Of a stretch of 64,000 nt of DNA, positions 23,068-36,710 are shown piece after piece (position 1 is the stretch's first letter; each line of letters opens with the position of its first letter). The DNA lies in assembly GCA_963514005.1 (NCBI GenBank), contig OY740781.1, positions 44,888,001 to 44,952,000 on the forward strand, read 5' to 3'. A program made the position numbers and the translations under genes. The stretch is from Raja brachyura. Taxonomy: Eukaryota. The notes under the pieces were generated by a model, which did no database searches, had not been told where the DNA came from, and saw nothing but the letters and a program-made list of their open reading frames with translations.

Positions 23068-26000
23068 TGTAAAGAATTGGCGCTTACACAGAGAATCTTT
23101 ACTACTACTTTATTAATTAAACACACACATCCCTGCCCTAGATGTACATGGTCTGTTACGGATACTAGAGAGAGAGCTAAGGGTGGGAAGGTCACAATTA
23201 TACTGAATGATGAGGGGAGTGGTTAGAAATGGTTACGTCACTATATTTAAAGGTGTACACACATTTCATCTACATCCTTCCTCTCCAAAAGAAAAAAAAC
23301 AATAAGTAGTGACAGGGCGACCACGTCTCATACGCTAAGGGAAACTATACAAAAAGCAAGGTTCACACGAAATCACCATAACGGTCGGGCGGCCTGATAA
23401 GGCGACCAGACTGGGTCCGCACCTCGCCATCACTTCCCCCCCCCCAACGGGAAGGAAAGGGGCCGGCGCTCGGGCAGGAGGGATGACCCCGACAGTGGAA
23501 CCACGGGGGGACGGAAAGGACGGAGAGGATGGAGAGGGCGGATAAATGGGGGGCACAGCGGGCGGACGCACTGGAGAGGGCGGATGAGATCGCGGAGAAC
23601 CAGGCAGGGAGGAACGAGCCATGTTGGGCCAGTAGAACTGGCTTTGAGCGTTGGACCGCGTGGCCTCGGCCCCGGGATGACCACGATGTGCGGTTTCGAA
23701 GTATTGATCGTGCAGCGCAGCGGGCACCATCACCTTGTGCCCCTTCACAATCACTCCATCATGCAGCACGAGGTCGTCACGAACCAGGAAATAAGGCACT
23801 GCTGCGGCCGGCAGGGAAGAACGGCGGTCAGGCCAGCCCCGCTTGATCACCGCGGCCAGCTGTTGTAGTGAAGCTTCAGCAGCCGTGTGTTGGACCAGGG
23901 ATTTCATTTGGTTTGAAGGCACGAAATTAACGTTGAGAACCATCAAATCGAATGCCTCGTAGGGGTGACGTTTAGTGGATGTGAGTGGCGCCCGTGACAG
24001 CATGTCAGCAACAAACATGTCCTTGCCTTTGCGATAGACCACTGTAAAAGTGAACCGTTGGAGCTGAAGCATCATGCGCTGAAGCCGAGAAGAGGTGACG
24101 TGTATGGGCTTGTTGAGGATGGTAACCAGAGGCTGGTGGTCCGTCTCAATGGAAAAGCAGGTGCCCAAAATATAGTCCTTGAACTTCGAGCAGGCAAAAA
24201 CGACCGCCAGCAGTTCCTTTTCGATCTGGGCATAACGCTGTTCGGCGGGAGTCATTGTTCGGGACGCGTAAGACACGGGCATTTGTAGTCCATTGTGCAG
24301 CTGAAGACAGGCGGCCCCTAGGCCAAACTTGGAAGCATCGCAAGTGAGAATAATGGGGCCCTTGAGGTTGAAATACTTCAACGTCGGAGTGCTGACTAAC
24401 TTGGATTTGAGAATGTCAAAAGCCTTTTGGTGTTGCGGGAACCAGGCCCAGGCAGTGTCTTTTTGACCAAGTCTCTTAAGGGTGCGCTCAGCTCGCTCAG
24501 ATCAGGGATGAATTTCCCCAGGAAGTTGACCATGCCCAGGAAACGTTGGAGGCCAGGCACGTCAGTCGGCGCAGACATCTCGAGAGATAGCAGACGTTTT
24601 CTGCGGGTCAGGCTTCAGCACCGATGCCGTGAAGACGTGCCCCACATAGGTGACCTCTGTAGGTTCAGCTTTAGGTTGATTTCTCGTGCCCGTTTCAGAA
24701 CTCGGCGGAGGTTGAAATCGTGCTCGACGACATCCTTCCCCTAGACCAGGATGTCGTCAACTATGATGGCACACAGGGGACCGGCAAACAGTTGTTCCAT
24801 TGTCCTTTGGAATACCTCACTGGCAGAGTTGATCCCGACCGGCATGCGGAGAAAGCGGAACCTGCCAAAGGGTGTGCTGAAAGTTGTCAGATATGAAGAC
24901 TGTTCGTCGAGTGGTATCTGCCAGAACGAGCTCTTGGCGTCGAGAACCGAGAACATGGTGGCCGGACCGACTTGTGCAGCAACATCTTCAATGGTTCGCA
25001 TGGGGTAATGCGGGTGCTTGATGGCCAAGTTCAGGTCCTTTGGGTTGATGCAGATTCGTAATTCGCTCTTATCCTTCTTTGCTGCAACAACCATGGTGGA
25101 GACCCACCGGGTGGGCTCGCTCACCTCCTTCAGGATACCCATGGTCACCATCTCGCGGAGTGTAGACTCGACTTTGTCCTTCATCGTGAAGGAAACCTGG
25201 TGCGGTGGGCGGATGATGGGTTCAATGTCCGAATCGAGGACGATTTTGTAACTGCAGGGGAGCTTGCCCAGCTCGTCGTTGAAATGGTCCGGGTACTCGG
25301 CCAAAGGGTCCAGGGGCGACTGCACCAAGTGGATGTCACGGTGGAAGTTTACCAATCCGAGGTCCTGGCAGGCCTGAATACCCAGCAGGGGATCACATTT
25401 GCTGTCTAGCAGGAAGAAAGAGAGGGGCCGAGAGGCCTTCAGTACCTTGCAGTGGAGAGTGGCCTTCCGCACTGGAACAAGCACGCCTTCCCCATAGGCG
25501 CGCAGGACAGAGTGATCAGTGGTAACTAGCTTATTATTTCTAATCTTCTTGAACAAGCTTGTTGACATAACATTGGCAGCAGCCCCCGTGTCGACTTCAG
25601 CAGAGAAGGTCATGCCATTAAATGTGACTAGCACAGTCGGGTCCATTATCAGTGCAGGTGCATTTTTCAGCAAAAACACACTTAACTCGCTCTGGGAAGA
25701 GCTCGAGTCAGACAGGGGGAGTTCTTCTTTCTGGTTATGGGAACCAGACGCCGTATCAGCACATGTCAGGTAGGTGGAGAGCTTCTGCTGTGGCTGAGCA
25801 GGCTTCCCACGGGAACGACAAGCCGCTGAGAAGTGGTTTTGCTTGTGCCAGAAATTGCAAGTCTTGCCCAGCGCAGAGCACACATTAAAACGATGGGAAG
25901 CAAAGTTACAATTCAGGCAGCATTGAGTGGGTCTGGTCCCGGGTGCTGGGTTTACCCTTTGCTGCTGCTGTGCGGAGTACTGGCGGCTGGCGAAACTCGC

Positions 26001-26844
26001 CGCGCGAACATCAGGGTTGGGAGGCGATATCGCAGAGGAGACAGCCTCTGCCAGGCGAGAGGCATGCAGTGCCTCATCAAAAGTAAATTCAGGCTTGCGG
26101 AAGAGCTCAGCCCTCAGCTTCTCATCCCGGAGGCCATAGACCAGAATGTCCCGGGTTAAAGTTTCAGGGGTAAGTGCATCTAGGCTGCAGCGACGAGCCA
26201 GGTGCCGCAGCGCGGCGACAAAGTTGTCGACCGACTCTCCCGGGTTCTGGCGGCGACCGAAAAGTTTGAACCGCTCCAATGTACAGTTGGTAGGGATGTC
26301 ACACAACGCAGTAAACTTTGCAAGTAGACATACCGGGTCCTGAGCGTTCTCATTGTCCCCGTAGACAAACGACTCCGAGCGTTCCAGGGCTTCGGGACCA
26401 GCCAAGTTGAGCAGGAGAGAGGCTTTGACCGCAGGGGTAACCGCAGGGTGCGCGATTGTAACGTAATGTTCAAAGTCACGTCTGAAGACGTTCCAGCGGT
26501 GAACGATGTCAGAATCAAAAATCAGAATATCAGGTTTACAGCAAGCAGAAGCCATCGTGGGACAGGGAGGGGGTACTGGGACTAAAGAAACAAAAAACGA
26601 TAAACAGAATGCGCAAGGCAAAAAACTTCTGACGCCATGTAGAGAATTGGCGCTTACACAGAGAATCTTTACTACTACTTTATTATTTAAACACACACAT
26701 CACTGCCCTAGCTGTTCGTGGTCTGTCACGGATACTAGAGAGAGAGCTAAGGGTGGGAAGGTCACAATTATACTGAATGATGAGGGGAGTGGTTAGAAAT
26801 GGTTACGTCACTATATTTAAAGGTGTACACACATTTCATCTACA
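23068..26844 (-). mobile_element. Gypsy/Ty3 LTR retrotransposon, internally deleted
   Basis: 207-bp LTRs 23068-23274 and 26638-26844 (TG..CA, about 7 mismatches by eye); 5-bp TSD TTCAC; PBS TGGCGTCAGAAG (tRNA-Leu-like) at 26626-26637; PPT at 23275-23286. Confidence 0.97.
23335..26555 (-). pseudogene. Gypsy gag-pol polyprotein, broken
   Basis: gag, zinc knuckles, VDTGA protease, LRICINPKDLN, LDAKSSFW, IIVDDILV(stop), [42 protein letters not shown]; integrase DDE core absent. Confidence 0.93.
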
Positions 26845-28130
26845 TTCACCTTCCAAGGGGATATGATTGGAACTGTATATATTACCAAATGCTCCCACCT
26901 CTAAAAGTAAAAAAAATAGTTGAAGGAAGTTGGGCTGAGAACCTTGTAAACCCCTGCAATATCATTATATGTGGAAGGTAGAATGATTGACTTCCTAAAA
27001 CCACAACCATCAACCTTTGTGTTTGCTATGTGTTACTGAAGACTCTTTTCTACGGTTTCCATTGAGATTTGATCAAATTCACATTTGATGCCCTGCATGT
27101 CAGATGCAATTATTCTTACCTCACTGCTGGAACTCAGGTCATGTTCATATTTTCTGCAAAGTTGCCACTTCCCAGCCCCCAACACTCAATTTAATTCTGG
27201 ATCTGAAACTGAGTAATGGTGAACAGGTGATTACAAAGCAAATGTCTTATGACAGCATTGCTGAGAACACCTATCGATGTATTGAATAGAGAGTTAAGTA
27301 TATGTAGCTAATGGGTAATGGAATCAAGGTATATGGTGTATCAAGGTATAAGCACAAATGGGGTACTGATTTTGGATAATCAGCCATGATCATATTGATT
27401 GGTGACGCTGACACGAAGGGCCAAATGGCTTATGTCTGCACCTATTTCCTATGTTTCTATTATTTTGCTGATGATTGAGAAATAGTGTAATACCTGGCTG
27501 GAATTGATTTCTCCTTTTTTGTGTGTGGACTGGTCATAGTTGGCCACTTTTCCACATTGTTATGCAGGTATTAGTTCTGGAAGACTCCAAACAAAAACAT
27601 AAATAATTCTGGCATTGCAGCTGGGTCTCGACCCAAAATGTCACCTATTCATTTTCTCCAGATATGCTGTCCAACCAGCTGAGTTAATCCAGCCTTATGT
27701 GTCTAACTACAACTGGGAAGCTGTCGTGGAAATACAAGAGACTGCAGGCACTGTCCCATTGCTTTTGATGAATCCGGCAGGCTTGGATGTTTCTTAAAAT
27801 GTTATGGAATGAAAGAAATCCGCTTCTGAGATGATAAACAATTCAGGTGGGTGGCAAAATAGTAAAGCACCCTGGCACCTCTGGGAAGAGATGTTTGCAT
27901 GCTACCATTTATGGTTGCCTATGGTAAGGTACACATATCTTGTATGCCTCTTTTTTAAGCTGGAGTGCAAAACATTCCAGGATTTATATGCTTCAGAGAG
28001 CAACTTTAACTTTGCCTACACACCCAGCCATAATGGGCCAAATGACAATAACAATTGGCATTTTCCTCATACACACATCATGTTTTGAATATATGGCCTG
28101 GATTTGTAGTATTTGCAATTTGGCTTGAAC

Positions 28131-28678
28131 TGTTAATTCTGGCCAAATTGGAGCAGCCAAGACATTAAAATTGAGTAAAGGCTTGTGTGCTGCTACGCCA
28201 TTTTGGTCAAGTTAAATGTGCGATTTGCATAACTGGGACAAGCTGCTGAATGGTGCCAGTTTGTCTGTGGCACAGATAAGAGCTACAGGAAAAGAATGGG
28301 ACATCTGCAGAATCTTACAATAAGGTGCAAATTGCATGGAACTGATTGGGTGAATGCAAACCAGATATACATAGTGTAAATAATGTTGCAAAGTCTTATT
28401 TGGATAGTTACTGATTGGTTGAAATGTTAAGCCTTGGAGGAACTGAATCCCAGGGAACATGTTGCTATGTTTGCTTCCTTCTGAAAGCTTCTTTCAAATG
28501 CAATGTATATGATTATATTATTGGGTTAGGGAACTGTCAATTATGTACTGTTATAATTAATATGTGTGATTGGTTTGTAGGGGTTGCCTCCCCCAAGTAA
28601 TGTCACACCCTTAGTTTGGAAGGGTATAAGAGGATGTGTAATTCTTTGGGGGGGGGTGTCGGTTCAATGTGACTTGGA
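28131..28678 (+). repeat. ERV-B 5' LTR, with R/U5 and PBS deleted
   Basis: Matches 37202-37748 up to ..aatgtgactt, then similarity stops; no PBS found. Confidence 0.88.
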
Positions 28679-29849
28679 TGTTTTCTTTGCAGGAGATATA
28701 TAATGACTTACTTAGAATTGTGTAAATACTTTTCCTTTAAAAAACTGTTTGCTTAAATTGTACTGTTCTGCCTTTATTTGAGCTGTGGGATTCTATTTGT
28801 GCAATGTAGCTGATGTTCTGGTAATGTAACTAATTCTGCTCCTGTATTGTCAGAAGATTGCTTGAATTGTGTGATCTAGTGACATTTAAAATAGTGTGAT
28901 TTAATACATTATTATTATTAGCTGTATTATTTCTTGTTTGAGTGTGATTTTGCTCTTGTGTTACAACTGTATTTGTTCTTGTTTGAATCCAAGTGTTTAA
29001 GTGCAGATAATTTGCTGCTGTATTGTGTTTGCTTGTTCTTTTGAGAAGGTGGTCCCGCCTGGATTCGAAGTGTGTTTACCGCTTTAAAATGCCTGTGTGG
29101 ATCTCTGTGTATGTAGGATTTGTGTGACTGGTTCTTGGGTATCCGTTTGAAAGAAGATAGACTTGTGTGGGAGACTTACTACTGTGTTGGAAAACTTTTG
29201 CCATTATTTTGTAAATTTTCAATAATGGGAAACCATCTCATTGGTCAGTTGGGACACCATTATGAAGTAGTAGTTTATGGTGTATTAAGATTACCGGTAT
29301 TGCATTGTAATTACTGTGTATTGTGTATTGTCTTTGATTTAAATTTTGGAAGTTAGAAATATTGTGATTAGCTTTTGGAACTGAATGCGATATTAGATGA
29401 ATGATTGCGGTTTATGTAGGAGTGTGGTTGTGCCTGATAATGATAAGCGGTGTGATTTCTTGTCTGTGTGCAGTGTTGCTTGCGTGTTTGGAGCTCATTT
29501 TCATGTGTTTCGATTGAGGGTTCTCGAGGTATAAGAAACAGGCTGTGAGAAGGTGTTTGGTTGTGCTTGAATATGTTTGATTGTTCCCTGGAGTACTCTG
29601 ATCTTTGACTGACTGAGGATTGTGGAAATTGTAAGCTTGAAAGTGTGTGAACGTGGGAGATATGAGAAGAATTTGAATAAGAGAGTAGGATTGGTGGAGC
29701 AAAGGAGTAAAGAAGTGCTTCAGAGCCATTAACCACTGTTGAAGAGCGAGCTTGATAAATTTAGGGATTAAAAGGAAGGAGGGAAGGATTTGGGTATTCT
29801 GTTTCGGTTTATCGGAGACATGGGGAACAGCATAGACCGAGATATGACA

Positions 29850-31600
29850 GAAGATGAAAGGAGTCCATTGCAAGTAACATGCAAAGTTCCCTCACATGGC
29901 AGAGAAATTAAGAGATTTGTCAGGAGCGCTAAATAAGAAATTGGGAAACAATCTATGGCCGCCGGGGGGCATTAGAACAATAAAAGGGATAAAATACATA
30001 GAACTAATAATTTGGCAGCATAGTAATAATGAGTGTGCAAAGTAATGTGCAAATGAGTGTGATAGGATTATGGAACATATTATGAGGAATGGATGGCAAA
30101 AAAAGAGGTTACGAGGATGGCGAGTTGGGAAAAGCATTTGCTAAACTTGGAATAGAACTGAGAGAAGGTGAAGCAGATCGACCTCCAGGTAGTAGGTAGG
30201 ACAGGAGCAGAGATGAAGGAAAACACACGGAAAAGGGAAGGTAGATCTCCTGGAAGGAAACTAAACCCTGTAAATTTAAAGTTTAGGGATCTGATGGTTA
30301 GTGTTGAATTCGAGGGGGAAGGAGATGAATATTTGGAATATTGGACAAATGTTAAAACTAGTGGAAATTTGCAGCTCCCACCATGTTCCTCTTGCATATT
30401 CACTTACACTTTGTATGATGTAATCATACATATATACAATAGTCCATAATAAATATTTTAGGACTGCAGAATCTATAACAACTTCTGCATATACTACATC
30501 TGAGCATACTTTACTGATAGCAGAGACTGGGATGCCGGATTCTTTGACTCTATCCACTCCACCATTAATAGATCGTCCAGTAGCTTATGGCACCTGGAGC
30601 AGAACAAAAAGGTTAGCCCCAGTGTTTAAAGAAAAGGAAGGTATGTTAGATATAGTGCAACCGCCAGAATATTTCTGTGAGCCACAACCTAAACAGATTA
30701 TACGAGCCATGAGAAAGGGGAACAACTTATTTGGACAGTATAGGGAAGCCCCTAGTGAACGGGAAGATTCATCTGAGGGTGAGACAGTGATTGAAGATAC
30801 CGAGATAGATTTTGATGTAATTGAAAGTTTACAAATTTAACAGATTTTTGAACATTCACAGTTCCCAGTGAGGGAAATGTTGAGTGTAGCCTTTGATTCG
30901 ACCAGCGCAGTAGGTATGAATAATCCCCATGCCACAGACGTCCATAATCTGTGGAAGCCCCATGAAATAATGGCTGTACTAAACAAAATCCCTGATAGAA
31001 AGAAGTCACCTGCTGCCTTTATAGATTATTTGAGAACCACAATGCGTGTATATCATGCAGATTCCCAAGACTTATGGGAGACCATACAACAGATAATTAC
31101 TCCAGCTGAACATACCAAATTTCTAGTAGCCCTAGGACACCCAACATGAAGCCTTGGCAAATAATAATGGATAATGGTGCAAGAGAAGAGGCTATTTTAA
31201 CAGTCCTTGCAAACACATTTCAAAAGCCAAGTGATCTAACATGAATTCTGGAAATAAAACCAGAAAAGAGTGAAGGAGCAGATGAATTTTTAGACCGATT
31301 TTCAAAATTATACATATCAAAATGGAATAGGTTCCCCACAATATTGTGCCATCATATTGAACTGTCTCCCCACTACAGTAGCGGACTCATTTAGGACTGA
31401 TAACAGGGACTGGTCTGAGAACCACACCAGAGCTGTAAGGCACTATTGGGAGGATGGTAGGAAGCATTATCCTGTATTTTGAAGAGAAACTGAACGTATG
31501 GTCAAGAAGGAGGAACCAAGCTCTGGCTCAGGACCATGGAGTCTCCAAATGTTAGCAAGGAATGGAATGGGAGAATTTTGAGTCTCAGAATGCTCAGATT
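29850..31600 (+). pseudogene. gag: ERV-B gag remnant
   Basis: LSGALNKKLGNNLWPPGGIRTIKGIKYIE and LWKPHEIMAVLNKIPDRKKSPAAFIDYLRTTM align with ERV-A gag; start approximate. Confidence 0.85.
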
Positions 31601-31624
31601 ATTATTACAATTATACTCCCTATT

Positions 31625-34600
31625 TAACCATATAACATATAACCATATAACAATTACAGCACGGAAACAGGCCCTCTCAGCCCTTCCAGTCCATGCCGAC
31701 CATTTATTTTCCCCTAGTCCCATCTACCTCCACATACCCCACCATTCCCTTCCTGTCCATATACCTATCCACTTTACTTTTAAATGTTAAAATCGATGCT
31801 GCCTCTACCACTTCTGCTGGAAGCTCATTCCACACAGCCACCACTCTCTGAGTAAAGAAGTTCCCCCTCATGTTACCCCTAAAGTTCTGTTCCTTAATTT
31901 TCATGTCATGCCCTCTCGTTTGAATCTTCCCTACCCTCAATGGGAAAAGCTTATCCACGTCAACTCTGTCTATCCCTTTCATCATTTTAAAGACCTCAAT
32001 CAAGTCCCCCCTTAACCTTGTGCACTCCAAAGAATAAAGACCTAACTTGTTCAACCTTTCTCTGTAACTTAGTTGCTGGAACCCAGGCAACATTCTACTA
32101 AATCTCCTCTGTACTCTCTCTATTTTGTTGACATCCTTCCTATAACTAGGCGACCAAAATTGTACACCATACTCCAGAATTGGTCTTACCAATGCCTTGT
32201 ACAATTTTAACATTACTTCCCTACTCCTATATTCAATGCTCTGATTTATAAAGGCCAGCACACCAAAAGCTTTCTTTACCACCCTATCTACATGTGAATC
32301 CACCTTCAGGGAACTATGCACAGTTATTCCTAGATCCCCCTGTTCCACAGCATTCCTCAATTCCCTACCATTTACCATGTACATCCTATTTTGATTTGTC
32401 CTGCCACGATGTAGCACTTCACACTTATCAGCACTAAACTCCATCTGCCATCTTTCAGCCCACTTTTCCAAATGGCCCAAATCTCTCTGTAGACTTTGAA
32501 AATCTACTTCATTATCCACAACACCACCTATCTTAGTATCATCTGCATACTTACTTATCCAATTTTCCACCCCATCATCCCAACACAGATACCTGAGGCA
32601 CCCCACTGGTCACCGGCTTCCAACCTGACAAACAGTCATCCACCATTACTCTCTGACATCTCCCATTCAGCCACTGTTGAATCCATCTTGCTACTCAGCC
32701 ATTAACACCCAATTTTGAACCTTCTTAACCAACCTTCCATGGGGAACCTTGTCAAAGGCCTTACTGAAATCCATATAGACAACATCCACTGCTTTACCCT
32801 CATCAATTTCCCTAGTAACCTCTTCAAAAAATTCAAGAAGGTTTGTCAAACATGACCTTCCAGGCACAAATCCATGTAGACTGTTCCTGATCAGACCCTG
32901 TTTATCCAGATGCTTATATATATTATCTCTAAGTATCCTTTCCATTAATTTGCCCACCACTGACGTCAAACTAACAGTTCTATAATTGCTAGGGTTATTC
33001 TTTGAACCCTTTTTAAACAATGGAACAACATGCGCAGCACACCAATCCTCCGGCACTATTCCCGTTTCTAATGACATCTGAAATATTTCTGTCAGAGCTC
33101 CTGCTATTTCTACACTAACTTCCCTCAATGCCCTAGGGAATATCCTGTCAAGACCTGGGACTTATTCACTTTTATATTTTTCAAAAGTGTCAGTACTTCC
33201 TCCTCTTTGAATCTCATAGTTTCCATAGCTACTCTACTTTTTTCCCTTACCTCACAGTTCAATATCCTTCTCCTTGGTGAATACTGAAGAAAAGAAATTG
33301 TTCAATATCTCCCCCATCTCTTTTGGCTCTGCAGATAGCTATCCATTCTGGCTCTCTAATGGTCCAATTTTAACCCTCGTTATCCTTTTGCTATTAATAT
33401 AGCTGTAGAAACCCTTTGGATTTACTTTCACCTTTCTGGCCAAAGCAACCTCATATCTTCTTTTAGCCTTTCTAATTTATTTCTTAAGATTCTTTTTACA
33501 TTCTTTATACTCCTCTAGCACCTCATTTACTCCATGCCTCCTATAATTATTGTAGATATCTCTCTTTTTTCGAAACAAGTGTCCAATTCCCCTTGAAAAC
33601 CATGGCTCTTTCCAATTTTTACTATTTCCTTTCAACCAAAAAGGGACACAAAGACTCTGTACTCTTACAATTTCCCCTTTAAATGTCCTCCATTTCTCTT
33701 CTACATCCTTCCCACAAAAAAATAGTCCCAATTCACTCCTTTTTAATCCTTATGCATTCCCTCAAAGTTAGCCTTTCTCCAATCAAAAATCTCAACCCTA
33801 GGTCCAGTTCTGACTCTCTCCATAATTTTATTGAAACTAATGGTATTGTGATCACTGGTCCCGAAGTGCTCACCAACGCATAACTCCGTCACCTGACCTG
33901 CCTCCTTTCCTAACAGGAGGTCCAGCACTGCCCCTTCTCTGGTTGATACCTCTATGTATTGCTGCAAAAAACTATCCTGCACACATTTTACAAACTCCAA
34001 ACCATCCAGCCCATTTACAGAATGTGTTTCCCAGTCCAATTTTGGAAAATTGAAATCTCCCACAATCACTACCTTATGCTTACTACTAACATCTGCTATC
34101 TCCTTACATATTTGCTCTTCTAATTCTCGCTCCCCATTTGGCGGTCTATAACACACCCCTAAAAGTGTTGCTACACCGTTCCCACTTCTCAGTTCCACCC
34201 AAATAGCCTCCATAGACGAGCCCTCTAATCTATCCTGCCAAAGCACTGCTATAATATCTTCTCTGACAAGCAATGCAACACCTCCACCTCTGGTACCTCC
34301 AATTCTATCACACCTGAGGCAACTAAATCCTGGAATATTTAGTTTCTAATCACAGCCCTCCAGCAACCATGTTTCACTGATTGCCACAACATCATATTTC
34401 CAGGTGTCAATCCAGGCTCTAAGTTCATCCACCTTTCTTACAATGCTCCTAGCATTAAAATATACACATTTTAGAAACCCACCATCCATTATTCTCTGTT
34501 TATTATATTTTTCCTGTTTCTCACCTACATTTTGGGTCCAAGTGCTTCCCTTCTCTGCCTCTTGCCCCACACCCTGTCCCCTAGCCCCCTCTACCCGAGT

Positions 34601-34955
34601 CCCACCCCCCAGCCTTTCTAGTTTAAAGTCTCCCCAGTAGCCTTTGCAAATCTCCCTGCCAGGATATTGGTCCCCCTCGGGTTCCAGTGCAACCCGTCCT
34701 TTTTGTACAGATCATGCCTTCCCCAAAAGAGGTCCCAGTGATCAAGAAACTTGAATCCCTGCCCACTGCACCAGTCCCTCAGCCACACATTTATCCTCCA
34801 CCTCATTCCATTCCTACTCTCACTGTCATGCAGCACAGGCAGTAATCCTGAAATTGTTACCCTTTTGGTCCTTCTCCTTAACTTTCCCTCCAACTCCCTA
34901 AATTCTCCTTTCAGGACCTCTTCTCTTTTTCTGCCTATGTCATTGGTACCTATGC
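31625..34955 (-). mobile_element. CR1/HER1-like LINE (ORF1 esterase-like end plus ORF2 EN-RT), copy 1, inside ERV-B
   Basis: DGLHWNPRG (SGNH/esterase-type ORF1), FNARS, AISETW, YRPP, GDFNFP, SDHN, DFSKAFDKVPH, YADD; (TAACCATA)n tail. Confidence 0.95.
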
Positions 34956-34964
34956 GTATTTAGA

Positions 34965-35245
34965 CCCCATCCCAGCGGTTCAGCCACGGGACTTATTTAC
35001 ATCACCCGGTGAGGTCACAACACCCGGAGGCCTGGGTTGCCTCAGCGCAGAGGACGAGGAAGAACAAGAAGGGAAGAGACAAAGACTTAAGATTTTTGCC
35101 TTCCATCACAGTGAGGAGGTGTCTGGTGAATTCACTGTGGTGGATGTTAAATATGTGTTTATTGTGTGTTTTGTTCTTTACTATATGTATGACTGCAGGC
35201 AACAAAATTTTGTTCAGACCGAAAGGTCTGAATGACAATAAAAGT
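34965..35245 (+). mobile_element. Non-autonomous retroposon 3' portion with stem-loop tail
   Basis: Ends ttgttcagaccgaaaggtctgaatgacaataaa (hairpin plus AATAAA), between the CR1 and the resumed ERV-B sequence. Confidence 0.55.
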
Positions 35246-36710
35246 TTTCCTATTTCCTGTATGATCAATAACTTGTTATTAAGTTTGTGCCTCCACGACA
35301 GTATCACCTGCAACTGGCCACTATCTGGGGAGTGAGGTAAAGAGTATGTGGACCCTTGAGAACGGGCAGAAGGCACAGCTCAGGTAGGATGTGTAGTTAT
35401 TATCTCCATCCAGGTAGCTCCCCAAAGATAAAGACCAACAACAAAGAAGAAATTATACTGTCCTGTCCCTTTAAGATACATCTGAGAGAGCACAACAAAT
35501 AGAGAAGGCTGCTCCATGGTATTCCTACTAATTTGAAACTAAAATCGAGGAAGAAGAATAAGATACCTACCCTAGTTGCCCAACTTTAACATGCCATATA
35601 TTCGACACCAGTGAAGGGAAAAGAAAAAAACAGCATCCAACGTTTTCTAAAAAATACAGTCCACCTCTGAAGACCATTGGGGCAAGCTCCGATTTGAAAT
35701 GAATTTGGAAATATGAAAATAGATACTCCTCTGTGGTTCGGATGCAAAATACTCACTTTGCGCCTAAATTTAGTTTTTTTAAAAATTTGATTTGAAAAGG
35801 GCTCATGGGATACAATTTTAAAATAATTAGAGAATCGATTGTTGACTTGGCATTCTTCTCTTGTCTCAATAGACAATAGACAATAGGTGCAGCAGTAGGC
35901 CATTTGGCCCTTTGAGCCGGCACCACAATTCATTGTGATTATGGCTGATCTTCCCAAATCAGTACCCCGTTCCTGCCTTCTCCCCATATCCCCTGACTCT
36001 GCTATTGTTAAGAGTCTCTATGTCTCACCCATAGGAGGATAATCAAAGATGGGATGGGAGTATTTGGTTGCTATCAAGAAAGGGACAGACAATAGCGGAT
36101 ATCAGAAGTTAAGACATACCCTGGGAACGTAAGGTAGTAGTATAGAATGATGAGGTAGACTGGAAATTCAGATAATGAGTTCCCCTTGGAAGGTTAATAC
36201 GAACCATCCAGAAAGTTACTTGGTGGTAAAAGGAAACTAGTTATAAGAAAGAACCCCTATTGACTGAGAGCCTATCCAAAATACTAAGGGAGAGGTACTG
36301 GAGGAGAAGTCTGATTGCATTAGAAGGAGGAAGATGTATTTGATCGGTGCGTCTAAATTTGTTTTATCCTTGATAGTAAAGCGGCTTCTATTATCAAGGT
36401 GTAAATAAATTGTCCTTAGATTCGGCATTCTTAATTGGCTTTATGATAAAATTGACAAAATATGGAACTTGATTGATTACATTTGAACAGCTGGGAATTC
36501 CACAGGAATTGGATGGAATTGTATTATCGACCACGGACTGTGGAATGAGATGGGTGAGACGGACCCTGAAACTTAAAATATTAATTTGAAGGCTGAGACT
36601 GAATTTGGTTGAATTCAAACATTCATCATGGTTTGCTTTAAATAAGAGTCACGCCTGAAGGGAAATCTGGACTGAACCCAGCTGAAATTTATATGAGAAA
36701 CCATCATCAG
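35246..36710 (+). pseudogene. pol: ERV-B pol patchwork remnants
   Basis: 35260-35428 aligns with ERV-A 12205-12360; 36121-36217 with 14129-14230; 36633-36705 reads IRVTPEGKSGLNPAEIY (integrase RxTP..GLSPAE type). Confidence 0.7.
35869..36020 (-). mobile_element. Very short CR1 3' end
   Basis: (ACAATAG)n tail; direct repeat TGTCTCA at 35862-35868 and 36021-36027. Confidence 0.85.

Noticed and set aside
24741-26696. 651-aa ORF as a host or intact gene
   Set aside because: It is Gypsy gag-pro-RT; the listed start lies inside the LTR and the ORF ends at a premature stop just after the VDD motif.
27846-27928. Possible plus-strand exon ending in GTAAGG
   Set aside because: Weak acceptor with no pyrimidine tract and no recognisable product.
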